This document shows, piece after piece, positions 15,992 to 25,282 of a stretch of DNA of 37,011 nt. A program made the translations under genes and the position numbers. Source of the stretch: an uncultured Gemmatimonadota bacterium (GTDB lineage: Bacteria; Blakebacterota; Blakebacteria; Blakebacterales; Blakebacteraceae); the NCBI GenBank assembly GCA_964576115.1, contig CAZNUA010000036.1, forward strand, positions 1 through 37,011, given 5' to 3'. Positions within the stretch are counted from its first letter, which is position 1, and each line of letters opens with the position of its first letter. Under the pieces are notes generated by a model. The model made no database searches and was not told where the DNA came from. It saw only the letters and a program-made list of their open reading frames with translations.

Positions 15992-17260
15992 TTAACCGCC
16001 GAGAGCGAAACCCAGGTTCACGGCGAACAGCAGGGCGCTGTTCTTGTAGATACCGTTCAAGGCCGCCAGACCCTCGGTGTCGGCATCGGCGAACATCAGG
16101 TACATGCCCGCCACATCGAGGGTCATGTTCCCGAAGGTTTTCCCGAATCCAAACGTGATGCCATTCCGGTCGGCATCGGGAAGCAGAGGCGAAATGCTCT
16201 TAGCCGGTACCGGGCTCTGGTCGTACAGGTACCCGAAGCGCAGAGCCATGTCTTCCTTGAGCCAGTACTCGCCACCCACCCGGACAGTTATGCTGTTCTC
16301 GTAATCCTCTTCGATCGTTTCTATCCCCGTGGGCAGTCCAGTTACCTCAAGCTGCTCGAACGCCGACCAGCCGACCATGTTCACGTCGACCTCGAGCAGG
16401 AGCTGATCGCTCGCCTTGTAGGCCACACCCGCAGTGAGGACTGAGGGGTAAGCGATGCTGGTAGCAACATCATGGTCGCCGACGAGAGTAGCGACAGCAC
16501 CGTCGATCGCCGGGATGCCAGTCGTAATCTGCTCAATCGTAGCCGTACCCTCGTACTCGATCTCGACCTTGCTGCGGTACGCCAATCCGATCGAGATCTG
16601 GTCAGTAGCCTGGTAGAGAGCGCCGGCATTGAAACCGATGGCATTGGCCATGTCGGTTTCCAGATCGGCTGTAGCTACATCGAGGATTGTACCGCCACCG
16701 ACATCCTGTCCATTGTAGCGTTTCAGAATCAGCTTCGAGAGCCGTACATCGACCCCGACTCCGAACGCCAGGTTGTCGTTCAGCTTGTAGGCCACGGTCG
16801 GGTTGATGGCCACCCCGGCGATCGACGTCTCGTACGCTGCATACCTTCCGATGAATGTCTCGGGCCATTTCGTGCCCAGGCCGAAGGGAGCGTGCACACC
16901 GAGCCCCAGAGTCAACTGGTCGCTGAGCTGGTGGCTGACGTAGAGATTTGGCGGCAGGAAGGTCTGCTTCTCCTGATCCGCCGTCACTCCGGTGAGAGCA
17001 CCGGATCCGCTGAAATCACCCGAAGGCATGATCGCCGTACCGCCCAGGTAGACCTGGGTGCCCTCGAGCATGGCCAGTCCAGCGGGGTTGTAAAACATTG
17101 CCGAGGGATCACTTGGGCATGCCGCGAAGGCACTGGCGCGCCCCATCGCCCGGGCGCCCTGTTCGTAGATACTGAAGGCCCCAGCTTGCGCAGAGGACAG
17201 CGGTAGGGCCAGCATGCATCCTACGGCACAGATACCGAGGATTGCTCGCACTCTGCTCAT
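15992..17260 (-). CDS. OmpP1/FadL/TodX-family outer-membrane transporter
   Basis: Signal peptide, then AGAFSIYEQGARAMGRASA..DPSAMFYNPAGL, APFGLGT, INPTVAYK and LPDADR. Strong TAAGGAGG RBS before ATG 17260. Confidence 0.93.
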   Translation of the reverse strand: MSRVRAILGICAVGCMLALPLSSAQAGAFSIYEQGARAMGRASAFAACPSDPSAMFYNPAGLAMLEGTQVYLGGTAIMPSGDFSGSGALTGVTADQEKQTFLPPNLYVSHQLSDQLTLGLGVHAPFGLGTKWPETFIGRYAAYETSIAGVAINPTVAYKLNDNLAFGVGVDVRLSKLILKRYNGQDVGGGTILDVATADLETDMANAIGFNAGALYQATDQISIGLAYRSKVEIEYEGTATIEQITTGIPAIDGAVATLVGDHDVATSIAYPSVLTAGVAYKASDQLLLEVDVNMVGWSAFEQLEVTGLPTGIETIEEDYENSITVRVGGEYWLKEDMALRFGYLYDQSPVPAKSISPLLPDADRNGITFGFGKTFGNMTLDVAGMYLMFADADTEGLAALNGIYKNSALLFAVNLGFALGG

Positions 17261-17487
17261 CCGTACCTCCTTATCAGAACGGAAGTGAGGGTAATTCTCT
17301 CTGCCGGGGCGTTGACCCGCGGCTGCCGTGCTTGAACCGCGACCATACCCCTCCCTGTTACAGCATGTCAACGCTGCGGCGTTTCTCACCGATACGGCAC
17401 CTGTCACGCTCATGTTGCACTCCCTTCACTGCAATGGCACTCTGCGCCATCTTGACCTTCCGGACCGCCCCGCCTACTCTGCCCTGC

Positions 17488-18534
17488 ATGGACCCTGACG
17501 GCACGCAGAGCACCACCGGCCCCCTGTACCTGCGGGCAGGTGAGGACTGGATCGTACCCGCTCCGCTCGGCCGGGCCCTGGCCTGGATCATGGATGCGGC
17601 GGCCTCGATCGTCATCACGTTGAGCCTGCACCGCTTCGGGGGAGATTTATTCCTGAACGCCTTCGGTCCGGAGTCTTTCATTGGCCAGACCCTGGCCACC
17701 TCGTTCTGGTTCATCGGCGGTTTCGGGTACTGGGTCATCATGCCTTCCTGGACCGGGGCTACTCCGGCCAAGATGCTCTTCAATCTGCGGATCGTGCCGG
17801 TGCGCCCGGAACCGCTCACTCCGCTGCAGGTCATCATGCGCGAGGTCGTGGGCCAGGCCGCCATGATCGCCACGGCCGGGATCGGTTTCGTATTGGCCGT
17901 ACGCGATCTGCAGGGACGGGGCCCCAACGACCGGGCCGCGGGAACCCGGTTGATCCAGTTCACCTCCTCCCGGCCCGAGCTGTACCGGGTTCAGGACCTG
18001 CAGCCGTCCGACGAAACGGACACCTTCGTCAGCTGGGCCCTGCAGGAGGCTCTGCCAGTTGCTTCCGCTGCCGGGGCCGGAACCGATTCCGGGTCCGGAC
18101 CGGACGCGGCCGCTGCCGCTGCCGCCGGACATGCGGAAACCACAGCCGCTGCCGCCGACACCACAGTCCCGGCAACCGGCACGCCACCTCTCGTCCCCTC
18201 CCCACCCCCCCGGCGGTCGACGGCAAACTTGTACGGACGAACTGCTGAAGAGACCGCCTTCGAGCGCAGGCAGAAGGCCGCTCTCGGGCCGACTGTGGCC
18301 GAAAGCGCAGCCGCCCTGCAACGGACCGCCAGACTGGTCGATGAGGGCCAGCTCATGCCGAAGGTGCTCGAACGCAAGCGAGCCGAGTTCATCGAGGCCC
18401 TGACCACCCTGCAGCTCGGTGACGATCCGAACGACGCGGTCCGGGCCGTCATCGACCTGGGCCGCGCGGGAGTACTGGAGCGCGAACAGCTCGAGCGGGC
18501 CCGCGATATCCTCAAGGAACGCCTCGGCGGATGA
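17488..18534 (+). CDS. RDD-family membrane protein with C-terminal extension
   Basis: APLGRALAWIMD..TGATPAKMLFNLRIV..RE..GRGPNDRAAGTRLI is the RDD pattern, followed by an Ala/Pro-rich linker and a helical C-terminus. Confidence 0.8.
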   Translation: MDPDGTQSTTGPLYLRAGEDWIVPAPLGRALAWIMDAAASIVITLSLHRFGGDLFLNAFGPESFIGQTLATSFWFIGGFGYWVIMPSWTGATPAKMLFNLRIVPVRPEPLTPLQVIMREVVGQAAMIATAGIGFVLAVRDLQGRGPNDRAAGTRLIQFTSSRPELYRVQDLQPSDETDTFVSWALQEALPVASAAGAGTDSGSGPDAAAAAAAGHAETTAAAADTTVPATGTPPLVPSPPPRRSTANLYGRTAEETAFERRQKAALGPTVAESAAALQRTARLVDEGQLMPKVLERKRAEFIEALTTLQLGDDPNDAVRAVIDLGRAGVLEREQLERARDILKERLGG

Positions 18535-18974
18535 CCAACACAGGAGATCCGATCATGGCCCCTGAATCCGGTATCACTCTCGACACCTCGAAAGAGCCCG
18601 CCCTGCGCATCATTCTGCTTCCCAAGGATACCAACGGGGCGGGAACCATTTTCGGGGGTGCCATCCTGAGCTATATGGACCTGGCCGGAGCGGTCGAGGC
18701 CCGCCGGCACTGCAACAGCCTTTTCGTCACGGTGGCGATGCGCGAGATCGAGTTTCACCACCCGGTTTACGTAGGCGATGTCGTTTCGTTCTACACCAAA
18801 ACCCGGCGGGTCGGTACCACCTCGATCACGGTGGGGGTACGGGTCGAAGCGATACGGATCCGAGGCCCGGAAGCGGGTCAGCGCATCCACGTCACCGAGG
18901 GGGAGGTCATCTATGTGGCCGTGGACGAGAAGGGTGACAAGATCCCCATTGCCGAATGCCGCCCGCCTGTTTGA
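18531..18974 (+). CDS. Acyl-CoA thioesterase (hotdog fold, YciA-like)
   Basis: LPKDTNGAGTIFGGAILSYMDLAG..VTVAM..F..PVYVGD..VGTTSITV..YVAVD. The start could be 18555. Confidence 0.93.
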   Translation: MTNTGDPIMAPESGITLDTSKEPALRIILLPKDTNGAGTIFGGAILSYMDLAGAVEARRHCNSLFVTVAMREIEFHHPVYVGDVVSFYTKTRRVGTTSITVGVRVEAIRIRGPEAGQRIHVTEGEVIYVAVDEKGDKIPIAECRPPV

Positions 18975-19080
18975 GCGACGCCGATACCGCCCGGCCGGAG
19001 CGCTCCCCGTTTCCTGTCGAGGACCTTTGAACCGGTGTTCCGGCTCTGATACTATCCACTCTCCCTGATCGATCCACCTG

Positions 19081-19539
19081 ATGACCCGGTTTGAGGAGGC
19101 ACTACCCGTGAGCGCCCACCCCCTTCTGTTTCTGGAAGAGAGCCGTCCCGCGATCGTCAGCGCCTGGGCCGACACCCTGCACGAATCGAATTCCCTCTAT
19201 GCCACCCGCCCGCGCGATGAGCTGCTGGCCACGACCGGCGAAGCATTCGATGCCAATATCGCTGCCATCAAAGAACAGGATTTCGAGCCCCTGAACGATT
19301 TCATCGCTTCGATTGCAGGACTGCGGGCCTCGATGGGTTTTTCAGAACACGAGGTCGTGGATGCCTTCCGTGCCTTCAGAAAACTCGGTTCCGACCGTCT
19401 GCTCGAGGGGCTCATGGACGACGAAGTCGAGATCGAACCGGTCTCCGATGTACTCGATGCCGTCTGCCAGGTCGTCGATTACGCCATCCTGCGCTTCAGC
19501 GAGATCTACTACACCACCAAGGCCCGGCAGTCAGCCTGA
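19081..19539 (+). CDS. Stand-alone RsbRD_N-like (globin-like sensor) domain protein
   Basis: LEESRPAIVSAWADTL..Y..RPRDEL..IAGLRASMGFSEHEVVDAF..F pattern. The start may be GTG 19108. Confidence 0.65.
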   Translation: MTRFEEALPVSAHPLLFLEESRPAIVSAWADTLHESNSLYATRPRDELLATTGEAFDANIAAIKEQDFEPLNDFIASIAGLRASMGFSEHEVVDAFRAFRKLGSDRLLEGLMDDEVEIEPVSDVLDAVCQVVDYAILRFSEIYYTTKARQSA

Positions 19540-19560
19540 CGGGGGCTTCCAGCTCGCTCA

Positions 19561-19618
19561 ATTTATCCCTCTGACGGGGACAAATTGGTCGTTATCTGTC
19601 CCTCTCAGAGGGATAGAT
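19561..19618. promoter_or_regulatory. Pair of related 25-bp palindromes (ATYTRTCCC-N7-GGGAYARAT)
   Basis: atttatccctctgacggggacaaat (19561-19585) and atctgtccctctcagagggatagat (19594-19618), 8 bp apart, just before ATG 19620. Confidence 0.7.
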
Positions 19619-19668
19619 CATGAGTACTCTCGTTGCTGATTTTGGCGAGATTCTGGCGGAAATATATA

Positions 19669-19702
19669 ACGCGGGTCCCGGCGATCAGCCGCAAACCCGC
19701 GT
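19669..19702 (-). terminator. Hairpin terminator downstream of tRNA-Glu
   Basis: ACGCGGGT..ACCCGCGT stem followed by TATATATTT on the minus strand. Confidence 0.55.
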
Positions 19703-19708
19703 CATTAT

Positions 19709-19783
19709 TGGTGGCCTGTACGGGATTCGAACCCGTGTTACCGGCGTGAGAGGCCGGCGTCCTCACCCCTAGACGAACAGGCC
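19709..19783 (-). tRNA. tRNA-Glu (anticodon CTC)
   Basis: GGCCTGTTCGTCTAGGGGTGAGGACGCCGGCCT-CTC-ACGCCGGTAACACGGGTTCGAATCCCGTACAGGCCACCA; 75 nt. Confidence 0.97.
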
Positions 19784-19785
19784 GG

Positions 19786-19808
19786 ATGCTGGCTGCGGGG
19801 CAGGGATT
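19786..19808. repeat. 23-bp exact direct repeat of the tRNA-Gln 3' end plus 4 trailer nt
   Basis: atgctggctgcggggcagggatt occurs at 19786-19808 and 19887-19909. Confidence 0.92.
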
Positions 19809-19890
19809 GACTCCCCTTCGGGTCGCGATCCCACGCCCCGCTCCGCATGATGCGCCCGGAACAACCTGTGCAATCCGATCGCAGTAATGC

Positions 19891-19964
19891 TGGCTGCGGG
19901 GCAGGGATTCGAACCCCGATTCCACGGTCCAGAGCCGCGTGTCCTGCCATTGGACGACCCCGCA
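19891..19964 (-). tRNA. tRNA-Gln (anticodon CTG)
   Basis: TGCGGGGTCGTCCAATGGCAGGACACGCGGCT-CTG-GACCGTGGAATCGGGGTTCGAATCCCTGCCCCGCAGCCA; 74 nt. Confidence 0.97.
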
Positions 19965-20020
19965 ACGGTACTGCTGTGCGCGAAAGAAAGCGGCTCAGAG
20001 CCGCTTCTTCAAGACAGTGT

Positions 20021-20048
20021 AAAGTAAAACCGGATCGGGCCGTGTCAA
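20021..20048 (-). promoter_or_regulatory. Putative sigma70 promoter for tRNA-Gln/Glu
   Basis: TTGACA (20048-20043), 16 bp, TACTTT (20026-20021). Confidence 0.55.
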
Positions 20049-20074
20049 CCCTGCCTGCTCAGCCAGGCGCCATG

Positions 20075-21517
20075 TCAATTCTGCCCGCGCAGCCAGGTGA
20101 TCGCCCGCTCCATCCGCGCGCCGACTTCCTCCCGGCCCAGAAGTTCGATCAGCTCGAAGAGCCCGGGGCCGTAGTGGCGGCCGGTCAGGGCCACCCGCAC
20201 CGGGTGGATGTACTTGCCCGCGCCGACCTCTTCGGCTTCGGCCAGACTGCGGATCACCCCCTCGATCCCGTCGTGGTCCCAGGCAGCGAGATCGCGCAGT
20301 CCTGCGGCTACCTTCTGCAAGCGTGGGATGACCTCGGCCGGGTTCTTCCAGCGTTTGGCCACCGATTCCTCTTCATACTCTTCGGGCGCAGTGAAAAAGA
20401 ACCGGCCTGCCCCGGAGAATTCATCGGCCAGGCGAACCCGTTCTTTCAGCAGGTCCACCACCCGGGTGAGGTAGCTGCCGTCATAGCCCTCGATATCGAT
20501 ACCGGCCTTCTCGAAAGCACCGCGGGCCACCGCCACCAGCTCGGCGGAAGGGAGCAGGTTCAGGTACTGGCCGTTGAGCCACTCCAGCTTGGTCTCGTCG
20601 AATGCAGCCGGTTTGCGGTTCAGGCCCTCGATCGCGAAACGGCTGACGAGCTCATCGCGGCGCATGAACTCGGTATCATCCTTGGGCGACCAGCCGAGCA
20701 GGGCCAGAAAGTTCACCACCGCCTCGGGCAGATAACCCTTCTCGCGGTACTCCCCCACCGAGGTGGCGCCGTGCCGCTTCGAAAGTCGCTTGCCATCCAT
20801 GCCCAGGATGAGCGGCAGATGGGCGAAGGCGGGGATCGGATACCCCAGAGCCCGGTAGAGCAGGATCTGTTTGGGGACGTTGTTGAGGTGATCGTCACCC
20901 CGGATGACGTGGGTGATACGCAGCCAGGCGTCGTCCACCACGCAGGCCAGCTGGTAGGTGGGCTGCCCGCCGGTGCGCAGCAGGACGAAGTCCTCGATCT
21001 GCTCGCCGGCGATGCTGACATAGTCTTTCAGCGCGTCGTGAAAGGAGATCGTTTCGTCCTTGGGGACCTTGAAACGGATCGCGAAAGGCTCCCCCGCTCC
21101 GGCCCGCCGCTCTGATTCCTCGCGTCCGATCAGCCGGCAGCGGCCGTCGTAAGTCCACGACTCGCCCTTCTCGCGGGCTGCCAGCCGCTCGGCCTCGAGT
21201 TCGTCGGCATCGCAGAAACAGCGGTACGCATGCCCCGAGGCCAGCAGAGAATCGGCTGCCTCGCGGTAGGCTTCGAGCCGCTGGCTCTGGAAAACCGGCC
21301 CCTCGTCCCAGTCCAACCCGAGCCAGGTCAGCCCGTCGGTGATGGCGGTGACCATTTCGTCGGTGGAGCGTTCGAGGTCGGTATCCTCGATGCGCAGGAT
21401 GAAGACACCCCCCTCGTGGCGGGCGAAGAGCCAGTTGAACAGGGCCGTGCGTGCTCCACCCACATGCAGATAGCCGGTCGGGCTGGGAGCGAATCTGACG
21501 CGCGGTTTCTCGCTCAT
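20075..21517 (-). CDS. gltX: Glutamate--tRNA ligase
   Basis: RFAPSPTGYLHVGGARTALFN (HIGH), RIEDTD, ITHVIRGDDH and KRLSKRHG (KMSKS). The anticodon-binding domain is present. Confidence 0.97.
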   Translation of the reverse strand: MSEKPRVRFAPSPTGYLHVGGARTALFNWLFARHEGGVFILRIEDTDLERSTDEMVTAITDGLTWLGLDWDEGPVFQSQRLEAYREAADSLLASGHAYRCFCDADELEAERLAAREKGESWTYDGRCRLIGREESERRAGAGEPFAIRFKVPKDETISFHDALKDYVSIAGEQIEDFVLLRTGGQPTYQLACVVDDAWLRITHVIRGDDHLNNVPKQILLYRALGYPIPAFAHLPLILGMDGKRLSKRHGATSVGEYREKGYLPEAVVNFLALLGWSPKDDTEFMRRDELVSRFAIEGLNRKPAAFDETKLEWLNGQYLNLLPSAELVAVARGAFEKAGIDIEGYDGSYLTRVVDLLKERVRLADEFSGAGRFFFTAPEEYEEESVAKRWKNPAEVIPRLQKVAAGLRDLAAWDHDGIEGVIRSLAEAEEVGAGKYIHPVRVALTGRHYGPGLFELIELLGREEVGARMERAITWLRGQN

Positions 21518-21562
21518 CGGTGCCTCGAGGCTCTCGAACGTGGTGAAAAGGTAAGGTAGTAC

Positions 21563-21581
21563 TGGCGGAGAGGGTGGGATT
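21563..21581 (-). repeat. Second copy of a tRNA-Ser 3' end abutting the gap
   Basis: tggcggagagggtgggatt is identical to 21683-21701. Confidence 0.8.
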
Positions 21582-21681
21582 NNNNNNNNNNNNNNNNNNN
21601 NNNNNNNNNNNNNNNNNNNNNNNNNNNNNNNNNNNNNNNNNNNNNNNNNNNNNNNNNNNNNNNNNNNNNNNNNNNNNNNNN
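21582..21681. other. Scaffold gap (100 N placeholder)
   Basis: Run of exactly 100 N flanked by identical 20-mers. Confidence 0.99.
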
Positions 21682-21774
<93 letters not shown>

Positions 21775-22100
21775 GGGTTGTCCCGCACCAAGTTACGAAC
21801 CCAACCCTGATTTGGAAATCACTCGTTGATCCACTGCTGATCAATTGAAAGATCATCGCTCACATTGAGGGCGTTGGTTGTACCCTGCATATCCACCAGC
21901 GGAGGATTGCTGACCAGAGCGCAGGGGAGGATGAAACCGGCTGCGAATCCCGTACATTTATATAAACCGCTTATTGTCTCAGGCGTTCAGTACGTGTACT
22001 GATAGCAACCCTGTATTCACTCTGCTCGCACCCATTATGAGCTATCGGAATAAGGCGAGCGGAGGAAGGGCTGTTTCACCCGTATACACAGGGACCACAC

Positions 22101-22580
22101 ATGACAGCGAATCACCGGGGTTGGGGCCGCCCGTACCGGCTCCCGGCGACGTTCCTGCTGACTATGCTCGCACTTCTTCTGGCACACTGCAGTAATCCGA
22201 CCGAAGGAACCTGCCGAAAAGGACACTACGAAGGATACATCGGCCTGGGGGCGAACGTGAGCCAGGTCGCGACCGGAGAACTCACCATCGATATCGATCG
22301 CTCCGACGCCTGCACCCTGGCTGGAACGATCTCCGGAGAATGGACGCCGTGGGGCGATTTTGAACTCTCTTTCTGCGGCGAACCCTGGATCCGTACCTGT
22401 GGTGACATGATGGCACACCTGACCTGCCGTCGCGTCCGGGCGGGGATCGACACACTCGAGGCCGCCGTCACTCTCTACGGCGATTTCAGCTCGACCTCGC
22501 CCAGCATCTACGGCCAGTGGTACACCGATGACGGTTCTCCTTTCGCTGCTTCGGGGCTGTGGAGTGTATTGAAAAATTAG
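22101..22580 (+). CDS. Uncharacterised beta-rich lipoprotein (paralog of 25283..25765)
   Basis: Hydrophobic signal ending LLAHC. Motifs EGYIGLG, QVATGELT and RAGIDT are shared with 25283..25765. Confidence 0.7.
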   Translation: MTANHRGWGRPYRLPATFLLTMLALLLAHCSNPTEGTCRKGHYEGYIGLGANVSQVATGELTIDIDRSDACTLAGTISGEWTPWGDFELSFCGEPWIRTCGDMMAHLTCRRVRAGIDTLEAAVTLYGDFSSTSPSIYGQWYTDDGSPFAASGLWSVLKN

Positions 22581-22720
22581 AATCACTGCCCTCCCGGACA
22601 GAGTCATGGACCCGCCCCACTTCGGGTACTACCATACCCGTGATCGCCCTGATTTCAGGGCGCCGGGATAACGGCGGAGTACGTTCCCGGCTGCACAACT
22701 CGAGGTCCGGAGGGAATACC

Positions 22721-24781
22721 ATGACAAGAACCGTGACTCTGTTCGCAGCCGCTCTGGCGGCGAGTACAGTGATGTCTGTTCCGGGATCGGCCCAGCAGCC
22801 GGAGCAGGATCCCGTCCGGCCCCTCTCTTTTCTGAGCGAGAACATCAGGAACGTGAGCAACCTGGAACGGCTGGGTGTGCCCTACATGGTACGCCGCAAC
22901 ATGCCCGGCACCGCCGATGCCATCATCTACCGCTTCGACTACGACGAGACCAAACCCCTGGTGCCCGGCGAGTTCGACATCTCGCATTACTTCGACTACG
23001 ACGAGATCGTGTACTGGTTCGACCGCTGGAACCGGGAGTATACCGATCTGACCGAGGTGATCTCGATCGGCAAGACGATAGAGGGACGCGACATCTGGGT
23101 TCTGGCCGTGACCAACAAGAACACCGGCCACCGCACCCGCAAGCCGGCCATGTGGATGGGCGGAGCGCGTCACTCGGGAGAGGTCACCCCCACCGTGGCG
23201 GTGATGGACCTCGCCCACCGGTTGATCGACGGGTACGGCACCGATCCCGAACTGACCGATATGGTCGACCATAACGTCTACTACCTGCAGCCGATGGAGA
23301 ATCCCGACGGGGACAACATGTACCTGAACACGGTTCACTCCAACCGGTCCACCAACCGACCGTATGATCAGAACGGCAACGGGATCTGCGACGAGGACAT
23401 CGAACAGGATCTGAATAACGACGGTTACATCACCCAGATGCGGCAGTACGTCGGGGAGGGCAACGGGAACTCCCGGAAGGATCCGCGCGATCCCTCCGGC
23501 CGGCTCATGACCCGCTCCCGTGGTGGTTTCGGTGGTAGTGGCCGTGGCGGTGGCGTTGAGGGCGATTACCTGATCTGGACCGAGGGCATCGATATCGACG
23601 GCGACGGCCGGATCAATTCCGACACCGTCGGCGGACTCGACATGCACCGGCAGGACAGCCACGCCTGGCGGCCGATGAGCGAGGATACCGGCCACGGCTT
23701 CACCCAGCGGGGAGCCAGCATGTTCCCGTACTCCGAGCCCGAGATCCGCAGCCTCTTCCAGTTCCTGATGGCCAACCCAAACATCTCGATCACCCAGACC
23801 ATGCACACCGCCGTGCCGATGATCCTGCGCGGTCCCTCCAGTTCGGCCACCGATGAGTCGGTGTGGACCATGGACCGGGCTTATTTACGCCACTTCGACG
23901 AACAGGGGATCGAACTGACCGGCTACGAATGGGCCGGGGATACCCACGAGATCTACGCCTCTCGGGGCCGCTGGCCCAACCAACGGCTCTCCAACATCCT
24001 GGGGCACAGCCTGGACTGGGGGTACTTCCAGTACGGTGCCTTCTGGTACGGAGACGAATTGTGGGGTTCGATCCGGATGGACTACCTGGAGGACTACAAC
24101 AACGACGGCGAAGTGGACGACCTCGATGCCCTCTATGCCTGCGACAACGTGCCCGGTATGGACCGGATCTTCATCGACTGGGAAACGGTCGAGCACCCCG
24201 ACCTGGGAACCGTGGAAGTCGGCGGCTGGAACGGCAAGTTCTGGCAGACGAACGCGCCGCCGGTGTTGCTCAAGCCGGCTGTCGAGCGGCAGACCGCCTT
24301 CAATCTCTACCTGGCCAAATCGCTGCCCCGCCTGGTCATCACCGACGTGGCGGTGACACCTAACCGGGACGGCACCCGCACCATCACCGCCACCATCGAG
24401 AACCAGGGTCTGACCCCCGATGCCACCAAGCAGGCCCACATGATCAAGATCGTCCGGCGCACCGAGGCCACCCTCTCCCCGGGGGCGGGACTCACGCTGG
24501 TGCGTGGTGAGACCACCGAGTACGAGGTCGAGGTACCGCCCTGGGGCATGGCCACCAGAACCGAGCAGACCAACGCCCGCACGCAGGTCCTGAACTACTT
24601 CGCCGGTACACTGGTGGATGACGACGGCGAGGATCCCTTCTTCCCCCCCGAGCGGGGTGGACCGGGAGAGTGGCAGCGGGTCCAGCAGGTCTCGTGGATC
24701 GTGCGCGGCACCGGGGAGGCCGAGATCGAAGTCCGTTCCACCCGCGGGGGCTGGGCAACGGCGACCGTTACGGTGCGCTGA
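22721..24781 (+). CDS. Secreted M14-family zinc carboxypeptidase
   Basis: Signal peptide MTRTVTLFAAALAAS; SIGKTIEGRDIW, Zn motif HSGE, ENPDG, PYSEPE, MHT and DELWG; several DxNxDG Ca-binding-like loops. GGAGG RBS before 22721. Confidence 0.9.
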   Translation: MTRTVTLFAAALAASTVMSVPGSAQQPEQDPVRPLSFLSENIRNVSNLERLGVPYMVRRNMPGTADAIIYRFDYDETKPLVPGEFDISHYFDYDEIVYWFDRWNREYTDLTEVISIGKTIEGRDIWVLAVTNKNTGHRTRKPAMWMGGARHSGEVTPTVAVMDLAHRLIDGYGTDPELTDMVDHNVYYLQPMENPDGDNMYLNTVHSNRSTNRPYDQNGNGICDEDIEQDLNNDGYITQMRQYVGEGNGNSRKDPRDPSGRLMTRSRGGFGGSGRGGGVEGDYLIWTEGIDIDGDGRINSDTVGGLDMHRQDSHAWRPMSEDTGHGFTQRGASMFPYSEPEIRSLFQFLMANPNISITQTMHTAVPMILRGPSSSATDESVWTMDRAYLRHFDEQGIELTGYEWAGDTHEIYASRGRWPNQRLSNILGHSLDWGYFQYGAFWYGDELWGSIRMDYLEDYNNDGEVDDLDALYACDNVPGMDRIFIDWETVEHPDLGTVEVGGWNGKFWQTNAPPVLLKPAVERQTAFNLYLAKSLPRLVITDVAVTPNRDGTRTITATIENQGLTPDATKQAHMIKIVRRTEATLSPGAGLTLVRGETTEYEVEVPPWGMATRTEQTNARTQVLNYFAGTLVDDDGEDPFFPPERGGPGEWQRVQQVSWIVRGTGEAEIEVRSTRGGWATATVTVR

Positions 24782-24890
24782 AAATGATCGGATACTTCCT
24801 GCCCGGGCCGATCTGGACTCTACTCCAATAGGGGGGAAACCGACCGGCCCGGGGCAGGATAGCGTCGGGGATGTGCCCCGGCTACAGGAG

Positions 24891-25100
24891 ATGACCGTGA
24901 GCGACGAGACTATGCCAGCAGCCGAGGCGACCGAAGACGAGGTTCCCAACTGCATCGACTGCGCTTTTCGCGCCAAAGCCGAGGCGAAGCCGAGATCTTT
25001 CCTGGCCTGGCTCTGGCGCCTGCACACGAAGATCTGTCCCGGCTGGAAGAAGTACCAGCGCTGGCTGGTCGAGCAGGAGAGCAGTCAGGAGGCGGGCTAG
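24891..25100 (+). CDS. Small Cys/His-containing hypothetical protein
   Basis: CIDCAFRAKAEAKPRSFLAWLWRLHTKICPGWKKY (CxxC..H..CP), with AGGAG RBS. The start is ATG 24891 or GTG 24897. Confidence 0.7.
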   Translation: MTVSDETMPAAEATEDEVPNCIDCAFRAKAEAKPRSFLAWLWRLHTKICPGWKKYQRWLVEQESSQEAG

Positions 25101-25282
25101 AAAAACGAATCCGCTGTCTGAAGAGGTCACGAAGCATATGTGTATTCTCCCGCAAGTGGTCGGTCTGCCCGAACCGATAAACACCACCGTTACGTAAGCC
25201 GTCCCTGTGTCACGGTGTCATACCGACAGTTACACAAGATGCAACACACCGTTCCGCAAGGAACCCGCATGAAGGTCTGGAT

